DNA from: Heptranchias perlo
Lineage: Eukaryota
Assembly: GCF_035084215.1 (NCBI RefSeq)
Contig: NW_027138407.1
Coordinates: forward strand, 930,001-994,000
Direction: 5' to 3'
Length of the DNA stretch: 64,000 nt
The stretch's first letter is position 1. Each line of letters starts with the position of its first letter. Shown here piece by piece: positions 49,464 through 62,559 of the stretch. Position numbers and translations under genes: made by a program. Under the pieces are notes generated by a model. It saw only the letters and a program-made list of their open reading frames with translations, was not told where the DNA came from and ran no database searches.

Positions 49464-50363
49464 ATGCGGATATTCAGCGCCTGGGTTATGTTTGGGGCCT
49501 TTATTTTCGGTAAGGATGATTCCAGTCATGTCAGGTTCAATCTAAGTGTTAATATAGGAACAGGAGTAGGGCATTCAACCCCTCGGGACTGTTCGGTCAT
49601 TCAGTTAGGCCAATGCTGATATGTATCTTGACTCCATCTACTCCCTTGGTTCCATATCCCTTATCCCCTAACTTCACAAAACTCTATCAATCTCAGTATT
49701 GAAATTTTCAGTTGGGCCCAGCCTCAACAGGTTTTGAGGGGAATGTTCCAGATTTCCACCACCCTGTGTGTGAAGAAGTGCTTCCTCACATTACCCCTGA
49801 ACGGCCTAGCTCTAATTGTAAGTGATGCCCCCCTTTTTCTGGGCTCCCGCATCAGAGGCAATTGCTTCTCTCTATCTACCCTATCAAATCATTTGATCAT
49901 CTGAAACACGTCAATTAGGTCACCCGTTAATCTTCTATACTCAAGGGAGTACATCCTCGTCTATGCAACATGTCTTCATAATTTAACCCTTTAAGCCAAG
50001 GTATCATTTTTTAATACTCGTTCTTATCTTGTTCCTGAACACATGTTACAGATCAGAGTCATGGAAATTCTGTTACTCAGTCCCAGTCTTCAAAGATCAG
50101 GAGAGAAGCTGAAGCGGTGACTATGAAATGTACCTATAGCACTACATACAACATGTATTATTTATATTGGTACCGGCAACAACCAGAGCAGGAGCCCCGA
50201 TTTGTAATGTGGAGAAGATCTTGGGATACACAGGAACGGAAAGGAGAAGGTTTCGGAATCCGTTTCTCTGCGGAGCTCCAGCCCTCCGACTCCTTCGCCA
50301 GTTTAACCATCTTCGGGCTGCAGCTCACTGAAGGTGCTGTGTATTACTGCGCTCTCAGTGAGT
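49464..50363 (+). CDS. TCR alpha/delta-type V segment, apparently functional
   Basis: Leader 49464-49509 (MRIFSAWVMFGAFIF). V exon 50052-50363: NSVTQSQ..MKCTYST..YYLYWYRQQP..RFSAEL..EGAVYYCALSE. RSS CACAGTG(50364-50370)-23-TCAAAAACT(50394-50402). Antisense CR1 fragment in the intron (~49555-50010). Confidence 0.92.
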
Positions 50364-50944
50364 CACAGTGATGGAAATCAGTCTCATCCCCGTTCAAAAA
50401 CTGTCGTTGGACTGCAGGTCAGAGGTTCCGTCTGTTGGGGGTTGTGCAGAATCGCGGGTAATGTGCAGCGCGCTATCAGGAGCTCAAATACACATGGAGA
50501 GGAAACCAAATTAACCTCGGATCAAACTGTCACCAAACTGTTTCCAGGAGCGGCAGAGAAAATAAACTGCAGAATCAAATCTCTCTGAAAAATCGATTAC
50601 AGAATGAATCGACTAGTTAAACTGTCCTCTCTGCTTCTGATCAGCTGTTTTCTCCGAAAAGCCATGGATCGATGTTCAGATCAGCTCCGAGAAACAGGTG
50701 ATTGTCATCGCTAAAAAGTTTCTGCTGGTCGCTTTACAAGGGCAGGACCTAGTTCTGCCCCTGTTTATTACTTTTTCCAGTATATCCCTTCAAAACCGGA
50801 TATTAAATGTGTTGGCTGCTCAGAGAATCCTTTGACACATTACTTTCTTTCAGGTTTACCCAAAGATAGAAGCAACTTGCCAAACTTTAAAAAAATCAAA
50901 TCAGACCGATTAGAAAAACACAACCGAATGGGAGAGCACAAAAG

Positions 50945-51610
50945 AACGTAAGAAATCAGAGTAGGAGTAGGCCATAGGGCCCCTCGAGCCTGCTCTACCA
51001 ATCAATAAGATCATGGCTGATCTTCGAACTCAACTCCACTTTCCCGCTGGATCCTCATACCCCTTGATTCCCTTAGTGTCCAAAAATATATCGATCTTAT
51101 TCCTTAATATATTCAATGAATGAGCATCCACAGCACTCTGGGGTAGAGGATTCCAAAGATTCACAACCCACTGAGTGAAGAAATTCCTCCTCATCTCAGT
51201 CGTAAATTTATGATCGCTTATCCTGAGACTATGCTCTCTGGTTCTAGAGTCTTCAGCAAGGGGAAACAGCCTCTCAGCATCTACCCTGTCGAGCCTGCTC
51301 AGAATCTTATATGTTTCAATGAGATCACCTCTCATTCCTCTAAACTTCAGAGAGTATAGGCCCATTCTACTCAATCTCTCCTCATAGGACAACCCTCTCA
51401 TCCTAGGAATCAATCTAGTGAATCTTCATTGCACCGCCTCTAAAGCAAGTGAATCCTTCCTTAAATAAGGAGCCTAAAACTGTAGACAATACTCCGGATA
51501 TGGTCTCACCAAAACCCTGTACAATTGCAGCAAAACTTACTTACTTTTGTACTCACAACCCCTTTTCAATAAAGGCCAACATTCCATTTGTCTTCCGAAT
51601 TTTTTGCTGT
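50945..51610 (-). mobile_element. CR1-like LINE 3' fragment
   Basis: ORF 51030-51413: GLSYEERLSRMGLYSL..MRGDLIETYKIL..FFTQWVVNLWN. Confidence 0.9.
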
Positions 51611-54294
51611 ACACGAAAGAGAAAAATAGTTTCCTATTTTGGGAGACCAGTGGGGGAAATAGAGAGTTTTCTGAACGCTTTCGTTATTTTCCGTGATTGC
51701 ATCATTTAACTTTCGTGCATTAGTTAACCCGCAAATAAATCTGACCGAGGGCTATTAGCCTATGAGAAGAGTTGTGTCGGTGCGGCAGTTTTCCTCAGGA
51801 AGCTGGAATAAATTCCATTAAGTGCTTCAGTTGGATTTCACCCTGTAAATGGCTTATGGAAGATTGAACGAGAGAGCTTCCCACAATGCAAAGCGGCACA
51901 GGAAGGGGCCGTGCTGCACCATGGGAGAACTGGTCGCACATGCGCATTTCGCAAAACGCTTTTATCGTCGCTTCCTATAATTTTTTATTTATCCATATCG
52001 CTCATTCTCATATTTTTATCAAGAAAGGTAGAGTGCTTCTTTTGTGGGAACTGGAAGTCACGTTTTAGTTCGATTTGGTCTGATTAGTGACGTCAGACAC
52101 ACATGGCCGCCGTTGGATGGTGTGCAGTGATGACGTCACCCGTGTTGCCGACCCTTCATTTGATATTTTTAAATGAATTGAAGATGTTTTAATGGAGTTC
52201 TCAGCAATGTGATGATTATTTAAGTTTATTGACTGAGTCCCAGTTTCCGGACTCCTGCTTAGAGTTTAAATCTTTTATAAAAGTGGGGGGCCTCTTAAAG
52301 GGGCCCTGCACTGCCTGAGAGACCCGAGGCCCCCGTTAGGCCTCTTAAAGGGACCCTGCACTTTCTGAGAGCCCCCGAGCCCCCACGGGATGCGGTGGCA
52401 TCTTAAAGGGGGATGCATAGCCTGAGAGTCCCCGATGTCCCGGTGCTCAGGACAGAGAGACGGGGTGTGAGATTAAAGGGGAAGGCGGCAACGGGTAGCG
52501 GGACAGGGGGAGAGATTGATGCGGAAACAGTGTTTAAACACCAACTCCATCCATTCCCAATCTTCCTTCCGAGCACTTCAGAAGGGCCTGTTAATTATTC
52601 CCTCCCTTAACCCTCTGTGACGTTCGACCACAGGAGACCTCGCGCCTGAAGTCCAGGAGTTTCGATGAAAAAGCAGAGCCGCAGCAGAAGGAAAACTGCC
52701 GGAAGATACTCGAGTCTGAGCAGAAACCTCTTGAGATGTTCCCGTGGCCGAGAGTCACCGAAAGAATCCGATGAGTAGGTGTAGGACGTCGAGCGAAACT
52801 TCAGGGAAACAGGGAGCGAAGTTCTGAAGAGGACTGTCGGAGCTCTGGGGTGATAATTGGTGATTTTAGATGGATGGTATAAAAGGAGAAAACATGCTAT
52901 CTGTCTGCATCCTGGGCACAAAGACCAGGGGCATCCGGCACCAGTTGAACTGAAAGGAAATGAAAGTCAGTTGTTGTGAATGTGGTTTGTGGATTGTTGT
53001 TATTTATTGTGCAGATCAGCAAGGATCATATCTGCGAGTGATTTCCAAGCACCAATTCATCGAATTAATATTTCTCTCCCTGTAAGTGATGATGTACAAG
53101 GATCGATATTCGCCATCAGCATCGCCACAATACACTTCCCCCCAATTGACTGGCAAAAGAACCAAAGGCGACATAAGGAAAAACTTTTCACGCCGTGAGT
53201 CGTTATGATGAAGAATGTACTGTGGAGGGCGCACATTCAATCGTTCCTTTAAAAGAGAATTAGATAAGTACTTGTAGGGCAATAATTTGTAGGGCTATGG
53301 GGAAAATGTGACTGACTGGATTGCTATTGTAAAGAACCTGCATGGGCTCGACGGGTCGAATGGCCTCCTTCTCTGCTATAACCCTTCTATGATTCTATGA
53401 TTCTAAATGGGGCCAACAGTGGAGGAGTTCTCATTATTACCACCAGAGGGCGCCGTGGTCACATGTTTCTCGCTGCTCCCTCGGGACTCGGTCCAACGTT
53501 TTTACTGATTTGTGTAAATGCATCGTCGTTTCAAAGCATCTTTATCTGTAATTGCGGGATTCAGCAAAGAGTTGCCCCCTTCGTCTTGTTTTGTGCACTT
53601 TTCATTGACAAAATCTCTCTCCACCATGATTATGAATTACTTCCTCATACTGAAAACCTTAAATCAAGTATCGTTTTTTTTAAGTAGAATTACATAGCAT
53701 TTACTACACAGAAACGGTCCGACAGGTCTGTGCCAGTGTTTATGCTTCACACGAGCCAACTTGCTATCCATTCTGCTACTTGTTCAACATAACGTCTCTT
53801 CTTTTCAATTCTATCCCTCCAGAAATTAACCCCAGTGTTTGGTTTGTCCATTTTATGACCTTATTAACCTGCATCGCTATTTTTAGTGATTTATGCATCT
53901 GTACCCCGAGATCCCTTTGGCCTCTACCCTATTTAGACTCTTATTAGCCAAGCAGTATGTGGCCTCCTCATTCTTCCTGCCAAAATGCACCACTTCACAC
54001 ATATCCATAAAGAAATTAATTTGCCAATTACACGCGCATTCTCTTGAATTGAGAAATTAGAGTCGGAGCATTTGAAGAACTGGCATGATATTATTTTGAC
54101 AGCTGTTTAAAACGACGAATTAAACATCTGTTCAGTTGAGCTCGTTTCTTTCATCTTTCTTTCTTTCTATCTTTCCTTTTCTTTCTTTCTGTATTTCTTT
54201 CTTTCCTTCCTTATTTTTACCCAAGTACTGTTCATCTACTATTGTGTCTCATTGTAATTATTTTCTACCGCTAAACCTTCTCTGTTTTGCATTC

Positions 54295-54490
54295 TCTGGC
54301 TTTTTGAGTGAAACAAAGATATCTCAATTCCTTCAGCTGTTAACAACTGCGGGGGAGAAGGCTCAATTTCAGTGCAATGTCACGATAAACGCTGGGACAG
54401 CGTGCTTAATACAGAGAATCTCCCAAACACCCATCAACATATACTGGCGAAATTATAAAAGGCCTTTTCAGGTTATTGCCTAATAGAGAA
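54295..54490 (+). pseudogene. Highly degenerate V fragment
   Basis: ETKISQFLQLLTTAGEKAQFQCNVT resembles FR1 of the 24-kb V. WYRQ, YYC and RSS are not recognisable. Confidence 0.4.
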
Positions 54491-56191
54491 ATGGATCAGC
54501 GTGGAATAGGTCGGGGTTTCAGGCACTACAGTATGTTACTGTTCAGAATGATAAACGCAATGACTTGATCCATATACTCTCTCGCTCCTCGTGTCCGCTC
54601 TCGGTTCCATTTTTACCAACCCCAAATGTGGCATCACTTGGTGGCACAAAGCACACGATCACCAAATCTTGGGGTAAAATTCCCAACTTGCTGGCCGGGC
54701 GTAAACTGGATGAAATCAATGGAGACGCAATCGGGCGGTTTCTATAACGGGCGGCCGGTTGGCAACGTCAGTTTTACACCCATGTGGCAAGGTGAAATTC
54801 TACTCCCTTGTGTTTGCTATCGATGGTATCAGTTCAGTGTATTAATTAGAACAAAGTACAATCCAGCATTCTCTTCCATTTAAAAAAAAAATTCAGTGAT
54901 GTGGTAGGAATACTACAGGACAAACCTCACTCGAAATCTACCTGAAAATTAAATATTACTCAAGAATTGCTGAGGCCTGAAAAACTATGTCACAAATGGA
55001 GTTGCGCATACCAGCCTTTGTTACCCGCACAATTCCATTGGCTCACACCTGCAATATCTAGTTAATGGCACACTTTGACAAGGACTTCATTGATCTTAAT
55101 TTACGCATGATGTCATCTTTCAAGCAATTGACAATGTCAAATTGAGCAAAAATATTTGCATTACTCCTTATACGGGACCAAACTCCAAAAAGTTTTTATC
55201 TATAAACGGTGAATTCTAGGGTAAATTATAATCCCTCTGGTCCACACTTGATGTCCTGCAATATAGGGATGTTATTCCCAATTTCAGACAAGTACATCGC
55301 CTTGAACTCTCTTTCATGCATTCGTCTACGGGCTCTTGGATCCCGTAATTCTAGTTCATTTCAGCTGAGTTTCTATGCGTTCCAGAGCCTTAATTGTGAG
55401 ACGCACATCGTTGTTACAATTGACGCTGTCGTCATGCAAAAAGTATACTAAACAAAAACATTAATGTAACTCGATAACTGGATGTGCCATGGGAAAAGGG
55501 AAGGTGCTTTCGGGGACTTCTGAAAGCTGAGGGGCAGAGAGCCTCGAAGAGCAAATTAGGTAAGTAGAGGTAGAGATGCAATGCCTGATAAAGGGGGCCA
55601 GAATAGTGGCGTGGTAGAGCCAGGAATAAGTACTATGGAAGATGCGAAAGGTATATGGGGCGAGGGTGTCGCTGAGATTGGGAACGGCCATGAATTGAAA
55701 GGCTTTGAAAGCGAGATGGAGGATCCATTTGCTAATTCGTTGGAGTATGGGGGAGCAGTGGAACTTGTTGAAGAAGGAAATACTAGGAGCTGGGTTTATG
55801 TGAGCTTAACTATGCGGCCTAGCATTTTCATTGAGAGCCAGCTCGGCAGAAACAGCGAATAAAGAAAATATGAAGAGAGGAGATGCCCCCAAGCGATTTC
55901 ATAATTGGCCACCTACAGCGACCCCTGGCCCCTGATGTTTGAAATGTTTTTGTTGTGTTTCACAGAGAGTTACAGTCAATGCATTGTGGAACTGTGGATG
56001 AGGCAAAGTAACAACATCCCATATTAAACAAGTTTGAAATAACAGCTGCTCATACGGTGGATACTGTTAGGAGAGGAAATGGTCACGTGCCTGTCGCAGG
56101 GTTAATGCATAAAAGGTTCAGACAGATGTCTCGTCAGCGTCTGTCTCCTGTCTAATAAATTCTAACTTCACGGGACCATTCAACAGTATCA

Positions 56192-56595
56192 ATGGATATT
56201 TTACCAGTAATTGTGCTGATCCTCACTTGTAGGTATTTACAGCAGTTTTGTTCAATCTGTCTCAATAAGTGATGTTCGTGTTTTAATATTTCAATTTATT
56301 CACAGGCCGGTGCAACGCAGGCCAAGTGAGACAGTCGCCCGCTACAGAAACAGTTCAGGTCGGAGATTCCGTACAGATGGATTGCAGCTTTGAGACTCCG
56401 AACTTCGATGCCATGCACTGGTACAAGCAAAAATCCAGAGGGGGCCTGGAGTGGATAATCCGAAGATTGATTACCGGCAAAGAGAGCCGTGGGCAGTTTG
56501 AAATGGAGCTTGTAACTGCAGATAAGCGGGGCAGCCTGGGGATCAATATTGTCGAGTCTACGGACACCGCCGTGTATTACTGTGCAATGGAGACT
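56192..56595 (+). CDS. TCR alpha/delta-type V segment, apparently functional (GLEW family)
   Basis: Leader 56192-56228 (MDILPVIVLILT). V exon 56306-56595: GQVRQSP..MDC..DAMHWYKQKSRGGLEWII..DTAVYYCAMET. RSS CACAATG(56596-56602)-23-ACAAAAACC(56626-56634). Confidence 0.92.
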
Positions 56596-57049
56596 CACAA
56601 TGAAAGGAAATGGCATAATCGCTGTACAAAAACCTTTTTGCGTTACAACTGCAGTAGTTTCCAGCAAAGAAGTTGGGTATTTGCTACAGACTGTGCCGGT
56701 TCTCCTATACAGCTACCAAATTTGTCCCACTCCCACTGCTCTTTCCCCACAGCCCTGCAAATTCTTCCTTTTGAATGTTACTATTGAATATGCTTCGACC
56801 ATACTTTCAGACAGTGCAATTCAGATCATAACCACTGGCTATGTAAAAAAAAAGAATCTGCGCTTCTCTCCTTCTGGTTATTTTATCAATCCTTGCAATT
56901 ATCTCAAATCTGTGTCCTTTGGTTATCGACCCTTCCGCCAATGGAAACAGATGCTCCTTATTTACTTTATCAAAACCCCTCATATATTTGTGTTTCAATA
57001 ATATCATTCAGAGAACCCCTGTTCTTAAACATCTACCCCTTTCACTACA

Positions 57050-57420
57050 GGCGTAGCGTGGGCTGCAGTGTGATCTATCTACATGAAGCACTGCAACAAT
57101 TCGCCAAAGCTTCCTCAGCACCGCCTCTCAAACGCATGACCTGCATCATCTAGCAGCACAAGGGCAGCAGGTGCATGGGAGCACCATAACCTCCAAGTTC
57201 CCCTCCAAGTCACACACCATCCTGACTTGGACATATACCACCGTTCCTTCCTCGTCGCTGGGTCAAAATTCTGGAACTCCCGACCTAACAGCACTGTGGG
57301 AGCACATTCACCACACGGACTGCAGCGGGTCAAGAAGAAGGCTCCCGACCTTCGCAAGGGCAATTAGGGATGGGCAATAAATGCCGGCCTTGCCAGCGAC
57401 GCCCAATCCCGAGAATCAAT
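57050..57420 (+). mobile_element. LINE 3' end
   Basis: Same family as 14640-15005. Confidence 0.72.
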
Positions 57421-57530
57421 TGAAAATGCAATCACCATATTGTTGGGTGAGCAATAATCTCACCTCCTGTTGGGATTCATAATCCACAGTTTCTGTATTT
57501 TATCTCAATATTCCCCTCTCCGTTCTTTAG

Positions 57531-57705
57531 ACAGCGTCCTTGAGTGGATCTCAGATCAGCCAAAGGAAGAAGCGATCGCTGAGGAGGAAGAGATCGGGAC
57601 CATAACCTGCTCCCATACCAAGGTGACGAGCCCATCTAGTTTGCCTGTATTGGTACTGGGAGGGGCGGTCCGTGGGCCCGGAGTATATTCTCATCCGCTG
57701 CACCG
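57531..57705 (+). pseudogene. 5' fragment of a V pseudogene
   Basis: After an AG acceptor: DQPKEE..GTITCSHT, a frameshift, then LYWYWEG..GPEYIL. 3' half absent. Confidence 0.6.
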
Positions 57706-59099
57706 ACTGGTACAGTGACAATGTGATCTTTGCAAGATGGCGTTTAACCTCATCTTTGGCCAACACTTACAGTTTTACAGGTGACAGCTGGTGATTCCAT
57801 ACAATACTTCTGCATCTTAACACCACACACAGTGTAGTATTTAGGTCGAGAGTTTAAATAAAAATTGCAGATGTTACGGCTGGGGAACTTTGATAGTATA
57901 CTCTCTGTGTCATTGTATTTCCTTGTCAAATGTCACTGCATCGTTCGAAGGGGAAGCATAGCATCCATAGGCAGACAGACAGTTAGATAGATAGTTAGAT
58001 GTGTCGACCGATGTGTAACCGGATGATATTGTGATTGTTGATCATAAATTGAAAATATCTGGAAAGTAACACTGACGAAATAGATTAACCCGTTTCAAGG
58101 TGCGTTGGTCATACGTGGAAGCACATTATTTTGACCCCATACAACTCAATCAAATGGCAGCATTTGTAATGGGTGTCATTAGAACGTGTGTAATGAATCG
58201 TAGATCACAAGAAGGAGCTTACCAGAGGGGCAGGAGGAGGGATGGTTGACAAGACTGAAAAAATGCTTCCTGGACATGTCCCTCCTCGTCTTCCAATCCC
58301 CCCACAGCAACGCCTCTCCCACCTCCGTTATCTGTTCAGCGTGATATCCAGCGCTCCACTCCCGGTTCTCCAGCAGCGGCCCACTGTTCTTTCTTCACTC
58401 CCTCCCTTCCATTAATATTTCCCCGCAGACTTCTTGCTCCTGATCTTTGGAACTCCATTCCCGCTTCTTGTCTTCCCTCCTCCTTCCCTGGCGCCATATG
58501 CCCATCGGCTCCTTATAAATTGGTTCTATCATTACACAAAGCGAATAGAAGAAATGTCGCCTGTCATTTGGTATATGGACCAAAAGCAGAAATATTGTCG
58601 TAAGATCTTATTTGTACAGCGGCGCTGGAAGGTTTGCCGTGTTCAATATTTTAGTGATAAAAAACGGATTTAACTTTTCTCTGTGTATCAATATTAATTG
58701 AAAATGTTGCCGCTGTTCTTATGGTAGCGATAAGAGTTAACTGGGACCAGGAGAAAATTCACTCAATTAACAACAAATTGGATTAACGTGAAACACCATG
58801 TCAGCATATAAATTACTTCTTGAAATATCGGAGTATGAGCAGATGAGGGGCTGGTATGACATTATTTTGTGAAATAGTTTCCACACCACTATTATGTTTT
58901 ACATATATGCACAATTGAATTGACACATGTTTGCAATATCCAGTTTGCGACCTGAAGGTGGCGCTGTTGCCTAAGTATTTATTCAGCTTTAACAACCACT
59001 TCAAAAGGGCAACACGTCTCGATTTTCGAATCATCTTCCAACGGATTTACAATACAAACCTGTCGAAGGCATGACATTCTAATAAGTTCTTCAATTTCT

Positions 59100-59330
59100 T
59101 CTTGCTGTTGTTCTTGTTTTTTCATTATTATTATCATTTTATTCCTATTGTTATTGGTATGGTTACTGTTACTGTTCCTGTTATTGGTATTGTTATGGTT
59201 ATAGCTATTGGTATTTTTATTGCTATTGATATTGCTATTGTTACGGTTATTGTTATTGTTCTTGTTATTGGTATTGTTGCCGCTATTGGTATTGGTATTG
59301 ATGTTGTTATTGCTATTGTTATTGGTATTA
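59100..59330. repeat. Degenerate (ATT/GTT/GGT)n trinucleotide microsatellite
   Basis: Low-complexity run that generates the hydrophobic pseudo-ORFs at 59102-59468. Confidence 0.85.
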
Positions 59331-59630
59331 TCACCTGTAAACGTGAAGAAACTTTTATCTGTTTCCGCTGGTGCCGGAAATAATCAAACAGTGATATTGT
59401 ATCACACACAGATAAAGATCAGGGCAGCAATGTCCTATCGGGACAGAGCTACACCGAGTGATCGTTAATCCTTCTTGAGTCTGAATGATCTTCTGGACTG
59501 TGGAAATGGTTTTGACAGTAGCAATTGCGATCACCTTATTGTGTAGATAATTGTTAGTCACTGTAGACTTTCAGCGGGGGTTGGAAATGATTGATGCCGT
59601 TATCCTTTTATAATTTCAATATTTTAACAG

Positions 59631-59895
59631 GCGTTGGCTACTCCGTCAATCTCCTCCTTCGAGCGCAGTTCAGGTTGGCACACATTCCCTGCAGTTACAC
59701 AACTTCTACAGTGTGCACTGGTACAGACAGCGAACAGACGGACGGCTAGACTCGAGAATAAGCAGATCGTGGAATGGGAAAGGTCGCATGGGGCGGTTTG
59801 AAGTTGAGCTCGCCACCTCTGGCAAACGCTGCCTGTTTAGCATTACCGAATCGGTGCTAGCAGGTTCCACCGCCTATTCCTATGCAATCGAAAGA
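59631..59895 (+). pseudogene. V pseudogene, GLEW-family-like
   Basis: ..VHWYRQRTDGRLDSRISR..GRFEVELATSGKR..STAYSYAIER (Cys lost). RSS CACTGTG(59896-59902)-23-ACATAAACC(59926-59934). Confidence 0.8.
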
Positions 59896-60004
59896 CACTG
59901 TGAGAGGAGATACGGCAGTGGATGTACATAAACCCCCTTCTGTGTCAGAAGCTGGGGGAGTAGATGCAAAGATCGTCTTCAATCCTCAAGCGCATTCTTA
60001 ATTT

Positions 60005-60130
60005 AAAGATTTGATGAAAGTTAATCGAAATGAAACGTTAACTCTGTTTCCCTTTCCACAGATGCTGTCTGACCTGTTGAGTGTTTTCCAGCATTCTCTG
60101 TTTTAATTTCAGATTTCCAGCATTTTGCCG
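60005..60130 (+). mobile_element. Degenerate Penelope-like repeat end
   Basis: TTGATGAAAG..TGAAACGTTAACTCTG..CACAGATGCTG..GACCTG..TTTCCAGCA, with a decayed hammerhead-like core. Confidence 0.5.
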
Positions 60131-60774
60131 TTGTTAATTTACACACATGATTACGCTATAGAATAAGAATAATATCTGTACCCTATTTGAATCAGGAAGC
60201 ACAAGTATTCTGCATCACAAACGATAGATAGAGAGGCAGATAGACAGATATCTAGATGCTGGATAGATGGATGGATAGATAGATAGTAAGATAGATAGAT
60301 AGAAAGATAGATAGAAACAACCTAAAGGAATAATGGGCGAATGTATCAAATCCGCAATAAAAATAGAGCACAGTAGAAATGAACAACTAAGCCGTTGAAA
60401 CATCCCGCTCTACCTCTTGATATAATCAGGTTTCGTAATTGATGGGGTGTAAAAGAGATTCACCAAAATAACACAAGGATTGAGCTGTTCGAGTTGTAAG
60501 TACAGAAAAGTCAAACTATGGCTGTTTTCATTGGAACAAAGTAAGTTAAGAGGAGCTCTGATAGAGGTGTTCAACGTTGTAACAGGTCGTTAGAAATGAA
60601 TTTGTGGAAAACCTTCCAATGGGCGTTGGGTCCGTAACAAGAGGGCGTGAATCTCAGATAATCACCGTAATACTTTCCAAAATGGAAGCTGATAAATATA
60701 GACGTAAAAGAAGAAACCAATAACAGAGTGCGCTGAAAAGGTGGTGAGTGAGACAGGTGGATGGTCTTTCAGAG

Positions 60775-60915
60775 GGACTGTGAGAAGCGGATTGTCCTAA
60801 TGGTCTATGGACGATTAGAGATCGTTCCTGAAATGACCGAAAAGCGAGGCCATTTGGCTTTCAGAAGGTTGGAGCATCCCGACTTCGCGGTCTATTACCG
60901 TGTAATCCATGCACT
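60775..60915 (+). pseudogene. 5'-truncated V pseudogene
   Basis: GRLEIVPEMTEKRGHLAFRRLEHPDFAVYYRV (Cys to Arg). RSS CACTGTG(60916-60922)-23-ACAAAAACG(60946-60954). Confidence 0.75.
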
Positions 60916-62559
60916 CACTGTGACAGCAATGAGCGGCACCGCTGTACAAAAACGTGGCCTTTACAAATGCTCTAAAAATATTTTCTGTGTCATTTTTCTT
61001 TACAAAACACATGCCCGTTAGATTCGATAATGTGATTTAACTCGGATTATCGCCTCCGACTGCACATTGTTAAAACTACATTGCTTGGAATTTTAAGCTC
61101 AGAAACGGGTCATTCGGTCCAACTGGTCCATGCCGGTGTTTATGCTCCACACGAACCTCCTTCCACCCAATTAATTTAATCCTTTCAGCATGTCTTTCTA
61201 ATCCTTTCTCCCGCATCTACTTATCCAGCTTTCGCTTAAATGCATCTATGCTCTTCACCTCACCTACTCCATGTGATACTGAGTTCCACATTCTCACCAT
61301 TCTCTGGGTAAAAAAGATTCTGCTGAATTGGACTGATTCGTGACTATCTTTTCTTTATGATCCGTAGTTTTAGATTCCACCTCAAGTGGAAGCATCTTCT
61401 CTACGCCTGCGCTATCGAAAGCTTTCATAATTTTAAAGACGTCTATCAGGTCACGCCTCAGCTTTCTCTTTTCGAGAGAAAAGATCCCGAGCCTGTACAG
61501 CCTTTCCTGATCAATTTAACCTCTCAGTTTTGGTATTTTAAGTTGCTCCGAGTGCCAGTGGATTTTCTTTGATGTGGACTCTAATCTAGGAACAAAGGAA
61601 CAGGAGTAGGCCATTCAGCCCCTCGAACTTGTTGCTCCAAGGCAAACATTTTCCTTAACTTTCCACCCCGCGCCCCCTCCCCCTCCCCCTCCCCAGCTCC
61701 TCAAGCAAAACCTTTATTCTCCAATGAAACACCTTCCCACTCTCATCCCTAGATAGTCCACTGAAACTCATCACCTCTTCTGTCTCTTTGTATATCCCAG
61801 TATATCTGGAAGTTTACAAAGCCTTTCACGGTGATACTTGAAACTAAATGACTGCAAATTACGTAGAATGACACAGCATTTACAGCACAGAAACAGGCCA
61901 TTCGGCTCAATTGGTCTATGCCGGTGTTAATGCTTCATACGAGCCTCCTCCCTCCCGATTTCATCTAACGTTATCGGCACAACCTTCTATTCCTTTCTCT
62001 CATGTGTTTATCTAGCTTCCCCTGAAATGCATCTATTCTATTCACCTCAACCTTTCCAAGCGGTAGCAAGATCCACTTTCTTGTTGTGTATATAGATATG
62101 TATATATATATATGGCAAGAAAGTGGATATGTATATATATGTATAAACAAATCAGATATATATATATATATGAATGATGGGTAGAGAAATACGCCTTTTC
62201 GGGCAATACATCCGATATTATCAGCTCTGGCAAGTCTTTGATTAATGTTATTTGTTGTCCGATAGGGCCATTCTCTCGCTCAAACCCATAAATCTGAACT
62301 GCAATATTGTTATAGTTTAACTCGGTAACGACCTGACCCGCGAGCAGAGAGCGACCGGGAGAAGTGAGCCCATCTGTGGTGGGGTACCTCACCTCGCCGT
62401 GACGATCGCAGTGGATTCCCTATAGTCTCAGACACATAACCGCAAGGGCCTTAGAATTACCATTCTGACAGTTTTGGGTAAAGATGCCTGGCAGGTGGGT
62501 CTGAAATTCCTGTCTGCGCTATCTTAGTAAAGCGGTTAACTCGCTTCAACATCAACAAC

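Noticed and set aside
59325-59460. Possible ancient V relic (ITC..RWCRK*)
   Set aside because: Too short and degenerate; no YYC or RSS.
59102-59468. Hydrophobic 'membrane protein' ORFs
   Set aside because: They are translations of a trinucleotide microsatellite.
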